Assembly: GCA_963785305.1 (NCBI GenBank)
Contig: CAWAUV010000008.1
Location: forward strand, 288,001-352,000
Direction of reading: 5' to 3'
Length of the DNA stretch: 64,000 nt
Source of the DNA: an uncultured Planctomycetaceae bacterium
GTDB taxonomy: Bacteria; Planctomycetota; Planctomycetia; Pirellulales; PALSA-1355
Part shown: positions 22,801 to 36,728 of the stretch, one piece after another
How positions within the stretch are numbered: position 1 is the first letter of the stretch
Layout: each line of letters opens with the position of its first letter
Notes under the pieces: generated by a model
Databases searched by the model: none
Told to the model about the DNA's origin: nothing
Seen by the model: only the letters and a program-made list of their open reading frames with translations
Position numbers and translations under genes: made by a program

Positions 22801-25800
22801 GCGTGGCGGCGATCGACATGGTCGAAAATGCTTCGCAGTCGACGGACCTATCCCAATACTTCAACGACCTCGATACCTCGGCCGGCGATCAGTTGACATA
22901 CAGCGTCGTGAGCAATAGCGTCGCATCGAGCCAACTCTCGGCGGCGATTAGCGGCGATCAATTGGCGTTGACCGCACAGAGCGGCTATACGGGCACGGCA
23001 ATCATCTTCGTCCGAGCCACCGACTCCGCCGGTAATTTCATCGATGCGATGGTCGACGTCGACATCGACCAAGTGACGCTCGCTGCCAGCCAGCCCAGCG
23101 AAACACTCGGCCGCAACGAAGCCGCCAGAACGACGCTTAACCAAGGCGTGACCATCGACAGCTTGGTGAGCGGAGAAGGCGTGATGGTCGGACACGGCCA
23201 GGGCATCGCCATTACCGGCGCCGATCTCGCGCATGGCCAAGTTCAATACAGCACCGATGGTGGCGCCAGTTGGACCGACGTTCCGGCCGTTTCACCGACG
23301 AACGCCTTCCTGCTGCCCGCGGATGGCGGTGGTCAAAACCTCGTCCGGTATTTGACCTCGGATGCATATCTCGGCACGATTTCCGACGCGATCACCTACT
23401 GCGGCTGGGATCAAAGCTCCGGTTCCGCCGAAAGCACGGCGAACGCGGCGGTGGGCGGCGGTCAAAGCGCATTCAGCTCGGGAACGAATCAGCTTTCCAT
23501 CATGATCACGCCCGCCGTAGGCACGGTCGCGAGCCAGACCACCAACATCGGCAATTGGACGGTTGGGGTCGCTTCGGCCTCGGATGACGCTGGAAATTAC
23601 GTGCTCGCGTGGGATGGCGTCGGCGCCGAAGGGTACGGCGTTTACGCCCGGCGATTTGCGGCGAATGGAACGCCGATCGACAGCCAGCCCGTCTTTGTCT
23701 GCGGCGCCGCGGCGCAAAGTTATACATACGTCGAAAAGCCCAGCGTGGTCATGGATGCGAACGGTAATTACATGATCGCATGGAGCGCGATGACCACGTA
23801 CGTTGGAGCAGTCGTGGGCGTTCGGGCGTTCGACGCGTCGATCGGTCAGTTCAGCGAGATAGCCACTCTTGGCAGCAGCGTCGCCAGCAATGTTTCGGCC
23901 GCGATTCTTTCAAACGGCGCCGCCGAACTCACTTGGCTAAACTCGGGACTAGTGTATGTCGTCTCGCAGGATTCTGAAGGATGGGCCGCTCAATCCACGC
24001 TCGCCTTCAGTGCCCCGGTCGCCGAGTCGTCTTCGTACTGGCACGGCGGTGATCCGTCGTTGGCCGCGGGCGCTGGTGGCGACGCCGCCATTGTCTGGAC
24101 GGTTGGCGTCATGGAAAACGCGTTCGTCGACGCCAATGATAGCCTGCTGCAACCAGCCGATCCGGGCTGGACCGGCGACGGCCCCGCGGGCCAATATGCC
24201 TACGATCCGGTCGTCGCTGCCCTCACCGCCGGCCCATACGCCGGCGATTACCTCGCCGTGTATCAAGGTTCCGGCATCACCGGCGTCGCGCTAGGCATCC
24301 AAGCCCAAATTTATGACCCGTCGGGCAACATGATCGGTGGCCCGATCACAATCGATCCAAACGCGAATGACACGCTCCCTTCGGTCGCGGTTGACGCCGC
24401 CGGCAACGTCATGATCGGTTGGGCAAGCCAAGATTCCTCGAGCGTTCCGATCATTTGTACGGCGTTTTTCGATTCGGGCCTGGACCCGATCCTCCCGACG
24501 CAAATCGCCGCCACCGTGCCCGTCGGACAAACCCTGGTCAGCACTTCGATAACCGCTACCGACCCGAGCGGCGGCTTCCTCGTGGCCTGGACGACAAGCA
24601 ACTCAGGAAATACGCAATCGACTATCTACAGCCAGCAGTTCTTGCTCAACGAAGCGCCAGTCGCCATGTCGATCCCGGCGCCAAGCGTCTCCGTTTCGGA
24701 AAACGCGTTGCCCGACGATTCCATCGATCTGTCTAGCTATTTCTCCAATCCCAACCACGGAGACACGTTGACCTATTCGGTCGTGGACAATACGAGCGCG
24801 ACTCTTGTCCAGCCTGTGATCGATGGCTCGCAACTCATATTGCACTTCGGCGCGATGCAATTCGGCAGTGGGACAATCACCATCGCTGCGACAAATTCCG
24901 AAGGCGTCGCGGCGGCCCAAACCCTCGCCATTCCGGTCACCGTCGCCGCTCCGCCGCCCAGCCTCGCCTCGATCAACGATCAATCCGTCCTCGAAGGCGA
25001 CACGGTTTCGTTCACCGCCTTGGCAAGCGATCAATCCACCTCGGATACGCTTGAATACAACCTCGTTGCCAATCCCAGCGATCTGCTCCCATCTCCGGCG
25101 GGCGCCACGATCGGTCCCAGCACCGGCGCATTCAGTTGGAGTTCCATCGGCGACGCTCCGGGCGTGTGCTACTTCACCGTCCAGGTAACGGACGAAAGCA
25201 CCCTGCTCACCGCCACCCAAACCTTCAAAATCACCGTCGATCAACCGACATTCTCGTCAGGCTCGAACATCTCGGTCATTGCCGGCGACCAGCCGCGCAC
25301 GTTCACCGGCTGGGCCACGGGCCTCCCGCAACTCCCCGCCGGATCGACGCTCTCCTTCGACGTCGCCAACGACACGAATTCGCTGTTCTCCGTGCCGCCG
25401 GCCATCAGTTCAAACGGCACGCTCACATTCACGCCGAAAGGCAGTTCCACCGGCTCGGCCAACGTCACCGCGACCCTCGTCTACGATGGACAGGACTACG
25501 GCTCGACGACGTTCTCGATCTCTTTGTTTACAAGCGACGGCCAAACTCAAGTCGACGAGCCGCCCGTGGCTGTGGAACAATCATATGCAGTCGACGAAGG
25601 CGCCTCGCTCGTTGTGCCGACGGCTCAAGGCCTTCTAGTGGGCGCCAGCGACAGTTCGGGCATCGCGCTGTCGGCGAGCCTCGTCGCCGGTCCCGCCGAA
25701 GGAACACTAACTCTCGACTCCAACGGCGACGGCGGATTTACTTACGATCCACCCGGCGACTTCACGGGCTCGGCAACATTCACCTACAGCGTGAGCGATA

Positions 25801-28800
25801 GCGAGGCCACGAGCGCGCCAGCGACAGTGACGATCGAAGTCGACGGCGCCCCGGTGGCAAACAACGCGGCCTACAGCACCGCCGGCCTCGCCGCGGGCGC
25901 CGCCTTGATTGTCCCGGCCGCGCAAGGCTTGCTTTTGAGCTCCCAAGCCCAGGCCGGCCAAACCCTGACCGCTTCGCTCTCAGGCGCTGGCCCGCAATAT
26001 GGAGCCGTGACCTTCGACGCCAACGGCGACGGCGGCTTCACCTACACACCGGGCTCCGATTACACCAACTCCGACAGCTTCCAATACACCGTTACCGATG
26101 GCGCCCTCACCTCCGCCCCAGCCACAGTGACGATTAACGACGACACGCCGGTCGCCGCCATACCCCAGCCAGACATCAATGTCGGCGCAGGCGGAGGTCT
26201 CCCGACGATAGACTTAACGAGCCTGTTCTCCGGCGGATCCGGCGCGGCGCTCGTGTACGCCGTCACGAGCAACGATAATCCAGGCCTCATTGCAACATCG
26301 ATTTCCGATGGCGAGTTGATGCTCGCATACAACTCAAACGCCACAACGGGTGATGCTCCGCCCACGGGCACGGCCAATTTGACGGTGACGGCGACCGATC
26401 CCACGACAGGATTGTCGGCGAATGTCGGCTTCGCGGTGAATGTCGGCGTGGCGCTCGAATCGCCAATTCTCGAGAACGGCGGAATTCCGGATCAAACGGC
26501 CGTCGAAAACAGCGGCAATAATGCGTCGCTCGATGTTTCACCCTATTTCAGCGCTGTCGGAGGCAACGATTCCACGAACACGACCTACACGGTAATCGAA
26601 GTTTCAAACCCCTCTCTCTTCAGCCCGACGCCTAGTTTCAATGGAGGCGGCTCGCTGCTCTACTTCAACTGGGCGCAGAATATAACGGGCAGCTCGCAGA
26701 TCGTGGTGCAGGCTTCGAATTCAGCGGGCTCGGTGACTTCGACTTTTACCGCCACCATTACATCCGCAGCGGCGCAGATCACCTCGTTGGGCTTGACGAA
26801 CGTGACGGGGACTACGTCGACCGATACGACAGATCCAACATTGGCGGGCGCGATCGACACCTTCGGTAGTTCCGATGACTTCGATGTGCAATTCGCATTC
26901 AACTGCGATGACAATCCCGACCAGAGCGTGGGGGTCGATGGCAGCGGATCGTTCACGTATACGCCGGTCGGACTCGCGCCGGGCGCCGTTGCCGTGGCCG
27001 CCCGAGCGGTCGATGAAGAAACAGGTGTTGCCGGCTCCTGGACATCGATGACCTTTACGCTCGACAGCGACTCGGGACCGACGATCGAAAGCTTGTCCCT
27101 CGTGAACAATTTGGGAACCGACTCTTCGCCGGCAGCCATCGATCCGACCATCGCCGGGCTGTTCTCGGGTAACTATTCGCTGGCCGACGAAGAAGTTCAG
27201 TTCGACACCAATGACGACGGCGTGCCCGACGACACGGTTTATACCGACTCGAACGGTTCATTCACCTACACGCCGCAAGGCTTGACGCCCGGTTCGGTCA
27301 CGATCCAAGCCCGTGGCGTCGTCTGGGACGATCAGGCGAACGAATTCCTCGACGGCCCTTGGACTAGCCTCACCTTCGAGTATGAGAGCGCTCCGGGCCC
27401 GACGGTCTCGAATTTGGCGCTCGCCAACCCGACCGGCGACTCGCCGACGCTGACCGCTTCGGATCCGACCCTGACAGGAACCATCACGGATGCGAACGGC
27501 CCGGTCGCTAATGCCAGCGTGGAATTCGATTACAACGGCGACGGCAACGCCGATGCCACGGTGGACACGAACGGCCAGGGCCAGTTTACGTTCACGCCGG
27601 TGGGGCTGCGGCCCGGCCAAGTAACGATCGAGGCGCGAGGCGGAGAGTGGAACGCCCAGTATCAGCAATATGCGTACGGCGCGTGGCAATCGTTGTCGTT
27701 CACCTATCAACCCACGAATCCGGCCGGCGTTACCACGTCGCCCGACACTGGCGCGGGCGCCGCATCGGCGGCGCAAGCGGTCGCCAACATGCAATCCGAT
27801 TACTGGCAGTCCGTCGATGCCGGACTGGGCGCCGTCGACGCCGCCTTGGGCGTTTCGTTCATGAACGGCAGCTATAACGTCGGAATCGGGGCCTATAACC
27901 CCGATTGGAACCTGACGGGAAACACGATCAATCAGCCCGGCCAATACGATGCGCAAAGCGGCGCTATCGACGATCTTTCGAAAACAGACCAGTCGGGAGG
28001 GCCGTTGTCGCTCGGTTACGGCGCAACTCCGACGAACGCCTCGGTATCGCAAACCGTAAATCTCTCGCAGTCGGTCAACGTCAGCGGCGCCGATAATCTC
28101 AACGGAAGCTACACGCTCACCGGACCGGGCACGGTCGATTTCGTCGAAACGGTCGATCAAGCAAACGGCACGTTCACCATCAACAGCAACTTCGCGCTCA
28201 GCTTTACACGCGTTGAAATCACGACCGAGGGCTATTACGACGGCGCGTCGTACGAGTCCGACAGCTACAGCCTCACCGAAATCGGCTTCGTCGACTTCTC
28301 GTTCAGCGCCTCGGGTTCGTACACGCCGGCTGACGAAGACGGCGCCACCATCAGCGGCGTCTATGGTGTCGCCTACGAAGGCGGATACACTTGCGACGAT
28401 CCGAGCCAGTCCAACTATTCCGCGAATGGCGACGCCGGCGGCAACACGGGCGACGAGGCCATGACATATGGCTTCTCGCGCGATGAAACTTCGGGCTCTT
28501 TCTACGCCAATCCCAGCAACATCAGTGTCGGCGCCGTGATCCAGCAAACGGAGAACGACAACTATTACCAATCGAGCGGCGGGACCTACGATTATTCCCA
28601 AGCCCAGGGCGCCGGAACCGTGTCGGGCTCCGGTGGTTCGCAGTCCAATACGTTCGCATACTCCGCCTCGCAATATGAACTGGGGACTTATCTCTCGGCG
28701 CCGTTGTTGGCGGAAACAACCGTCGATACATATATCCGAAACGCAAATGGCTCGTCGGTCTCCTCCAACACCCAGACCAGCGGCTCCTTCAGCGGCGACG

Positions 28801-31800
28801 ACGCCGACGGGAGCAGCCAAGGAACGCAGTCGACTTCAGTCGGATCCTCGATCAGCTATTCGCACTTCGAGTCGGGGGAATACGACGTCAACAGCGCCGG
28901 GCTCGCGGCCGAAATCGCATTGTTCCAGGATTCCCAGCAAGGCGGCAGCGCTTCATCCACTCACGACAACACCAGCGGCTACTACAACGACGGACAAAAC
29001 TATGGTTCGACCGACACCACGTCGGATCTCGATTCCTCCCAAGGATACGACGACAGTGTCACGGGCAACTATGTCTTCAGCCCGGCGGGAATGAGCGTCA
29101 CCGGCTCTCACTTCTTGAACCAAGCGTCCAACGACCAGAACTATAACCTCGTGGACACCGGCTCGCTGACCGGCGACCAATCGTCGACCACTTACAGCGT
29201 CAGCGAAACGCTGCTCAATTCCGGATCGACCACCGACGAGGGCAGCTTCGTCAACGCCGATGTCCAAGGCTCCGAGTCCGTTTCGCAAAGCCAATTCGTC
29301 AGCGACATCTCCAACGAGTCTGGGTACCAGGGCAGCGCGACGTACGCCGCCAACGAAGATTCGGACTCGTCGGTCGACTTCTCGAGTTCCGGCGCCTTCA
29401 CGGTTGGGGCCGCCGGTTTAAGCAGCAACGGCAGCTATTCCACGGACCAACTGACGCACGATTCCACGATCTCCGACGAGACCCAAGGCTTCCAAGAGGC
29501 GTCCGCGTCCGGAACACTGACCAGCTCCGTTTCGCAAAGCGATTCGAACAGCTATCACGAATCCGGAAATTACGATGCCGGCCCGGGGTTGTCCGTCCAA
29601 GGCGAGGGGTTCTATAACGACGCCGACCGATCTATTTCCACCGATATCGAAGGCGACTCGGGCGTTAGTTACGCCAATGTCGGCGACTTGAGCTCGACCA
29701 CGAACTTTATCACCGGATCGAGCACGAGCGCCAGCGCCACCACGAACACCAACGGCGAGTTCGATGGAGCGGGCGACGACTCCGGATCGATCGTGGAGAG
29801 CGACGTCGAGAACGAAGCCGATTGGTCGGGCGAAAGCGGCGATGAGTCGGGCTACTCGGGCGACGATTGGACCAGCCAGAATTACACCGAAAGCTCGGGC
29901 GGCAATTCCACCGGCAAATCCTCGCAGTCAAGCACCTTCACGAACAGCGCCGATGGTGGCCAGACCTCGAGCGGAAGTTTCAGCCAATTCGAGAGCGATT
30001 TCGAGTCCGGCAGCCTGTCTTCCTCGGAAACTTATACCGATTATGGAGACGACTTCGGCGGCTCCGACACGGAGACCGACCAGGGCACGGACTCCTCCTC
30101 GAATTCCGCCAGTGGACTCTTCTCGGTCACGAATGGTTCCTCGTATGCCAGCGCCTCTTTCACGAGTTCGGACTCCGAAACCGACAACGATTCCACCAAC
30201 GACTCGGGAGTCTACACCGACACGCTCGGCGGAAACTATTACGACAACACGGACGTCGCGTCCAGCGAGAACTACGGCGGCTCGGGCACGTACTCGAGCA
30301 ATCCGAGCGGCACGACGACAAGCACCAGCTACAAGGAATCGTCGAACGAAACCGGGAATAATGTTTCATATGACCTGAGAGGCTACAGCAACACCGCTGA
30401 GTTCGGCACGCTTACCGACTACGCCAGCGTTTCGTCGTCGAACAGCTACAGCGAGAGTGGCTACACCATCACGGGACCAAGCTCCGTCACCACGGTGGCC
30501 ACTTTCACCAACATTCAAAACGATAGCGCCGTCAATTCGGACGACGACGAGGGAACCTACGCCGCCAATTACAGCCGCACCGGCGACTTCAGCAACGGCT
30601 TGAATGGGGTGGAACAGGATTCGATCACCGAGAGCGGCTCGAAAGACGTGAACAGCGCCGGCGCCTCCACGTCGGCCGTCTCGACCACCGACGAAAACGA
30701 CCAAGAATTCGACACCTTCACGGCCAATTACCAATACGGCTTATCCGCCGGCGGGCTTCCCACCGCCGGAACCTATTTCACCATCGAGACTGAAGTCTCG
30801 GCCAGCAGCGTGCATGCCAGCACCACCGCGGTCGCCAACCGCGACGGCTCTTCCTCGGCTTGGGGCAACGAAACCCTCACCAGCAGCGACGACACTTCCG
30901 ACGATTACACGGATTCCGGCTCCTCTGTGTCCGGAACCGGCACGCTAAGCGCCTATTACAGCGACTTCGACACCAACGGCTGGGACAAAAATAATCAGTC
31001 CAGTTCCTTCGAGGGTCCGACCTCGCAGTGGGCCACCTATGACGCGAATCACGCGCTGCGGACCGGCTACTCGACCAGCGGCTCGTTCTCGCTCACCGAC
31101 GATGAGAACTACGGCGACCATGAAAACGAAACCGTGGGCTACTTCTCGGCGGCCCCCAATGGTGGCACGAGCTACGGCGTCGAGGAAACCAGCGATTCCA
31201 CCGCTGGCGAAATCAGCTCCAGCCAGGGCGGCTCATATTCGCAGTTCGGGCCCGGCGCCCGCGATCTGAGCGGGTCGTTCAGCAACAGCCAAAGCGTCGA
31301 AGTCGAGAGCGACAGCGACGATTCGGGCGTGCTCCTCGGCGCTTCCGTGAGCGCAAATTACTCCGAAACCCAAACGCTCGCCTCGACCACGTTCGATTCC
31401 TCGCACGGGCCCTTCGCCCAGTACGCGAGTTCCAGCGCGCCTGGCGGCGTCTATTCTTCGACCTCGGCCACTTATAATCACAACGACAGCGGCTCGTATT
31501 CCTCCAGCTATAGCGAGTCGGGCTTGAACACGACGCTCGACGACCCGACCTCGACGACCGCCACGTCACTTGGGATGCCCGCCGATTACGATGCTCCCGC
31601 CTTTTCGGCCGGAGCAATCAGCACGAGCTACACGGACCAAAGCTCGACCTGGGGCACGCATCTTTATGCCGAAAACGGCCAGCGGCAGATTGTCAACGGG
31701 CAGACGCTTTCCTCGAGCGCCACGTTCAACGAGAACGACGCCAACCACGCCCGCTCGAAGCAGACGACCAGCTTCTCGCTCAGCGCCGACGCGATCGGCT

Positions 31801-33931
31801 TGAACTCGGCGACCGGCTCGTTCACCAATAGCGACGACAATTCGTATTCGGCCAACGGCGCCGTCACATCGTCGTTCACGCCGGCGAGCGGTGGCGGCGC
31901 CGCGGCGACCGGCTCGTACCAGAGCGTGAGCTTCACAAATTCCGACAACCCGAGCCAGCAGTACTCGGGCGCCGATCACTCCAGCCAGGACCAGGGCGAG
32001 GGCTGGACGACGAACGTCGTCGGCGGCTTGAACGGAGCGATGACCAGCCAGTACACGCAAACCGGCAGCTACACCGTCACCGGCGACGGCAAGAACTCGG
32101 TCATCGTTCCCCACATCGAGACCAAGCAGACCGAGGGCGACAATTTCGATATCTCGATGGTCAACACGCAGACCAGCGGCGCGGCGACGATCGTTACCGC
32201 GGGTTCGAGCCTGTCGACGCATGAATACACGAGCGTCGACAATAATCAGCCCGGCGGGCACACGGGCGGCGCAACCGACCAGTCGAACCGTTCATATAGC
32301 AACTCGTTCACCGGCGAGAGCGCGACGTCGATCACCTCGAGCAGCGAGGCCACGAGCAGTTGGACGCCCAAGGGTGGAACCGGGAATTTTACGACCTCGA
32401 CAACGACCACGACCTCCTACGACAATGGCCCGCCGAGCTTCACCTCGACGAGCCAGCAACAACAACTCAGCTTCGCCGGCCCCAATGGCGCCGAGAAATT
32501 CTTCCAGCAAGCGAGCGGCTTGATCGCGGCGAGCGGCAATGTGCTCGACCAGCCGACGCTGGCGAGCATCCCGCTGCCGCCGGGCGCGTCGATCAACATC
32601 GATTCGACGTCGATCACGTTCGGCGCGTCGCCGGCCATTCCGCAACCGTGGACCACCACGGTATACAATGTCGGCGTGGGATTCGCCAGCGGGGCGGCGG
32701 GCGGGGTGGCGGGCGCGATTCCCGGGCGCTGGTCGCGTCGGTCGTGACCGGCCCGGCGGGATTTTTCACGGTGCTGACCGCGGGAGCGGTCTCCGGCGGA
32801 GTCGCGGGCGCCATCGCCGGTTACTCGGCCAAGAACAGCACGGCGGTGATGCAATCCGCCTACAACAGCGGCCTCGCCGCCGGCTTCGAAACCGGCGTGG
32901 CGATGATCTTCACCGGCGCCGGCGCGGCCGTGCAAATCCTGGTCGGCGCCGGCGCCGCCGCCACGACCAACGTGATCGGCCAACTCGCGCATGGCGTGAG
33001 CTTGAACCAACTAAATTACGCGTCGATCGGCTGGTCGGCGCTCCAAGGCGGGGCGTTCGCCGCGGTTGGCAAAGCGGCGATGAACGCCGGATGTAAGCTG
33101 GGCATCACGCCGTTCTGCTTCGCCCCCGACACGCCGATCTCGACCGGACAAGGCTTCTTGCCGATCTCGATCATCGAGCAGTTCCAGGAAGTGTGGGCGT
33201 TCAACTTCCATGCCGAGCGTTGGGAGTTGTGTCCGGTCCTTGAGAAATTCGAGTTCGATTACGTGGGCGACATCGTCCACGCGTCGGTTTATGGGCCAGC
33301 AGGCCATGAGACCATCGACACGACTCCGGGCCACCCATTTTGGGTCATCGAAGGTGAAAGGCTCGACGAACGTCCGCGTGGGGAACACATTCTCGCCATC
33401 ACCGAGGACTCGCCGGTTCCCGGCCGCTGGCTCGACGCCGAACACCTCCGCGAGGGCGACCTGCTGCTGCTCAAGCACTCGAAGCCGCAACGCATAACCT
33501 CGGTGCGCCTGGAGCCCTATGCCGGCAAGGTATACAATCTGCTCGTCGATTCACTGCACACCTACGCCGTCGGATTCCACGGTGCGCTGGTCCATAACGC
33601 ATGTTCGGCGGCGCAGCTGGCGCTGAACAAACTCAACGGCGCTTCGGCTGAAGCAACCGCTTTGCAGTTGTTGAAGGCCGGCGGCAACACGATATTGGGC
33701 ACGGAAGTCCGCGTGCTGACTTCCGCGGGAATCCGGCGAATCGATATATTAATCAGAACCGCTACAAATAAGATAATTGCCGTTGAAGTAAAATCAGGAA
33801 ATACTTCTCGGAGGGCATCGCAACTTTTGAAAGATGGCTTGCTCGCCACGGAGGGGGGCGTTTTCCAAAATCCAGAGCTCAAGAATCGACTCACAGGGCA
33901 GCTTATCACCACCATAGAATGGCTGTTTTAA
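16834..33931 (+). CDS. Giant (~5700 aa) secreted adhesin-like polymorphic toxin: planctomycete leader, Ig/cadherin-like and propeller-like repeats, acidic Ser/Thr-rich stalk, HINT, PD-(D/E)xK nuclease tip; apparent frameshifts near 19985 and 32725
   Basis: ORFs 16834, 19704 and 32360 join. Leader RRHQIESLEVRQFLHA; three GIAIT..D...G.VQ(F/Y)..DG..W modules; PSVA.D..GN repeats; DG.FTY.P Big_9-like repeats; HINT CF(33116)...VHN(33598); tip RRIDIL...AVEVKSG...Q..KD. Confidence 0.85.
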
Positions 33932-33935
33932 ACAC

Positions 33936-34616
33936 ATGAATGTCAAGCAGCAACGCAAGATATTTTCCGATGAATTGAAGGCTCGCATGGAAGCACGTGG
34001 CTTCAAAGGAAAGCTTTCCTATGGAGATATCGGGTTTGAGCGGCGTTATCCATGGGGACATGCTTCGTTTTTTGTTCATTTCCTTAAGCGGTACGAGGGT
34101 TTTGGAGCAGAAGCTACTTTGTATATCGGTCTGAATGCCGTAGAAGAAATCGCTCAGAGAGGCAATCCTCGCCTATCTTCGGAAAACTGCAAAGACATTC
34201 CGACGATGGGCGGCAATATAGGTTACCTCGGCGGTGACGACTATATGCAATGGACTGTTAGCTCGGAAGCGGACATTGTTCTTGTCGCCGACGCAATGGT
34301 GGCGATGTTCGACGAAGTAGGGATGCTTTTCATTGAAAAATACCAACATCTCGAAAACGCATTCGAGGTATTTATTAATGACGACCGGAAAAAATTTGTT
34401 CATATCTTCTGTGGACTGGAAGGTAATCGCGCTAAACAAGCAGTTGTCGCTGCCCTGCTCCTCGAGAAAGACCGGGCTTGGATACGCGATTACATCGCCA
34501 ACCGGATCGCGCATCTGAATCCGCCGCCGAATCCCGGCGAACTCACGGAATTCAAAATCTTCTTGAAATCTCTGAATGATCCCGATCTTTTACCCAGCGA
34601 CATTCCGGAAGGTTGA
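33936..34616 (+). CDS. Putative cognate immunity protein (DUF4304-like)
   Basis: Starts 4 bp after the toxin stop; AT-richer; homologous to 39838 and 42635. Confidence 0.75.
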   Translation: MNVKQQRKIFSDELKARMEARGFKGKLSYGDIGFERRYPWGHASFFVHFLKRYEGFGAEATLYIGLNAVEEIAQRGNPRLSSENCKDIPTMGGNIGYLGGDDYMQWTVSSEADIVLVADAMVAMFDEVGMLFIEKYQHLENAFEVFINDDRKKFVHIFCGLEGNRAKQAVVAALLLEKDRAWIRDYIANRIAHLNPPPNPGELTEFKIFLKSLNDPDLLPSDIPEG

Positions 34617-34668
34617 ACCGTCGCGCCCAGAATCGCTCGATAACGCCAACTTCCTGGAATCCCCATCG

Positions 34669-35019
34669 ATGACCTACGATCTGAATTTCTTCAAGGAACA
34701 GCCGGGCGTCGAAATCGACATGCAGGCGGCGTACGAACAATTGTCTCTTGAGAAAGACGTGCCCGGGCTTGCGGAACTGCCCGTCGAACGCATGCTGGCG
34801 CGGATCAAGGAGCTGTATCCCGACGAATGGACGCAATACGGCGATGGCCACTGGGAATCCACCGAGGACGCGCTCGAAGTGATGCTAACCCCCTATTTCC
34901 TCCGCGTCGACTTCCCCGGTCTGGGGCGCGAGGACCTGGAAGCGATGATGGAGCTTGCCCGCGAATTCGACTGCCCGCTGTACGATCCCCAGACCGGCGA
35001 ACGGTTTGAAGTGAAATAA
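34669..35019 (+). CDS. Small acidic conserved protein, accessory immunity-like (copy 1)
   Basis: MTYDLNFFK...LAREFDCPLYDPQTGERF; homologs at 40589 and 43386. Confidence 0.7.
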   Translation: MTYDLNFFKEQPGVEIDMQAAYEQLSLEKDVPGLAELPVERMLARIKELYPDEWTQYGDGHWESTEDALEVMLTPYFLRVDFPGLGREDLEAMMELAREFDCPLYDPQTGERFEVK

Positions 35020-35104
35020 CCCGCCGCCGGCGTAATGGTTCGGCCTGGAGGCAAGCGTGCTAGTCGGCAAACCGCGAGTCTCGCGCCGTCGACAAAAAAG
35101 CATA

Positions 35105-35202
35105 TTCACCACGCCGGACACGACGACGGAAAACCGTTTCCGCGGCGCGTCGTCGAGCCGCGCTTTCTTGCCGTCGTCGCGTCTTCGTGTCCGTCGTGTT
35201 GA
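35105..35202. repeat. REPIN-like palindromic element (other copies 41025-41123, 43822-43920, 48483-48592, 59996-60107)
   Basis: Arms TTCA(A/C)CACG.CGGACACGA / TCGTGTCCGTCGTGTTGA; the 59996 copy has a perfect 21 bp inverted repeat. Confidence 0.75.
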
Positions 35203-35242
35203 CACTTCTTCGCTCTCTTGTCCCACGTCGAGACCAAGCGGA

Positions 35243-36728
35243 CCGGCCCCAACGGCGCCGAGAAATTCTTCCAGCAAGCGAGCGGCTTGATCGCGGCGAG
35301 CGGCAATGTGCTCGACCAGCCGACGCTGGCGAGCATCCCGCTGCCGCCGGGCGCGTCGATCAACATCGATTCGACGTCGATCACGTTCGGCGCGTCGCCG
35401 GCCATTCCGCAACCGTGGACCACCACGGTATACAATGTCGGCGTGGGATTCGCCAGCGGGGCGGCGGGCGGGGTGGCGGGCGCGATTCCCGGGGCGCTGG
35501 TCGCGTCGGTCGTGACCGGCCCGGCGGGATTTTTCACGGTGCTGACCGCGGGAGCGGTCTCCGGCGGAGTCGCGGGCGCCATCGCCGGTTACTCGGCCAA
35601 GAACAGCACGGCGGTGATGCAATCCGCCTACAACAGCGGCCTCGCCGCCGGCTTCGAGACCGGCGTGGCGATGATCTTCACCGGCGCGGCGCGGCCGTGC
35701 AAATCCTGGTCGGCGCGGGCGCCGCCGCCACGACGAACGTGATCGGCCAACTCGCGCATGGCGTGAGCTTGAACCAACTAAATTACGCGTCGATCGGCTG
35801 GTCGGCCTTGCAAGGCGGCGCGTTCGCCGCTGTCGGCAAAGCGGCGATGTACGTTGGCTGCCGACTCGGCGTCGCGCCATTCTGCTTCGCCCCCGACACG
35901 CCGATTTCGACCGGTCAAGGCTTCCTGCCGATCTCGATCATCGAGCAGTTCCAGGAAGTGTGGGCGTTCGACCTGCACGCCGAGCGATGGGAGCTCAAGC
36001 CAGTCTTGGAGACGTTCGCCTTCGATTACGAAGGCGACATGGCGCATGTTTCGCTCGTTGGACCGGCCGGTGAGGAAACGATTAAGGCGACGCCGGGCCA
36101 TCCGTTTTGGGTCATCGAGGGCGAAGGGCTCGATCGAGCGCCGCGCGGCCAGCACATTCAGGCGATCGAATCGGACTTGGAAGGCTCGCCGGTCCCCGGC
36201 CGCTGGGTCGACGCGGGCGATCTACGCGCCGGCGACGTGCTCTTGCTCAAGAATTCGCCGCCGCTGCGCGTGGAGCGCGTTTGGCTGGAGCCGTACGTCG
36301 GCAAAGTGTACAATTTCTTCGTCGGCGAGTCGCACAACTACGCCGTCGGCTTCCACGCGGCGCTCGTGCATAACGCGTGCAATTCGGCGCAGCTTGGGAA
36401 GAATCTCATCGCGGCGGGCTACCCTAAACCGGGCCTGGGTTGGCAGGCGGCGCATATTGTTCCCATCGGGGCTTTCAGCAACCGGACGCCGGAAGTACAA
36501 GCTGCGATCAAGCTCGCGCAGGCGAAAGTCAGCCAATATCTCGCGAGTTCGGGTGGTCTCAACTCCGCCGCCAACGGTTTCTGGTCGTTTGCCGGCCACG
36601 CCGGAACTCACACGGACAAGTATTTTCTTTCGCTAGGCCGAGCGTTCGAAGGTATTAACAACACGAAGGGAGCGCTAAGTGTCCTTTCGTCGCTATGGTC
36701 TCAAATCGAGGCGGGGGCGTTTCTATGA
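35243..36728 (+). CDS. Orphan cassette: class A stalk copy, HINT, AHH-like HNH nuclease tip; no clear start; frameshift near 35687
   Basis: Near-identical to the main gene from 32476. Tip LGKNLIAAG...WQAAHIVP...LNSAANGFW...HAGTHTDKY. Confidence 0.75.

Noticed and set aside
16834..33931. RHS/YD-repeat or CdiA assignment for the giant protein
   Set aside because: No YD repeats, no DPxG RHS core, no TPS domain or VENN motif, and no CdiB or VgrG/PAAR neighbours seen.
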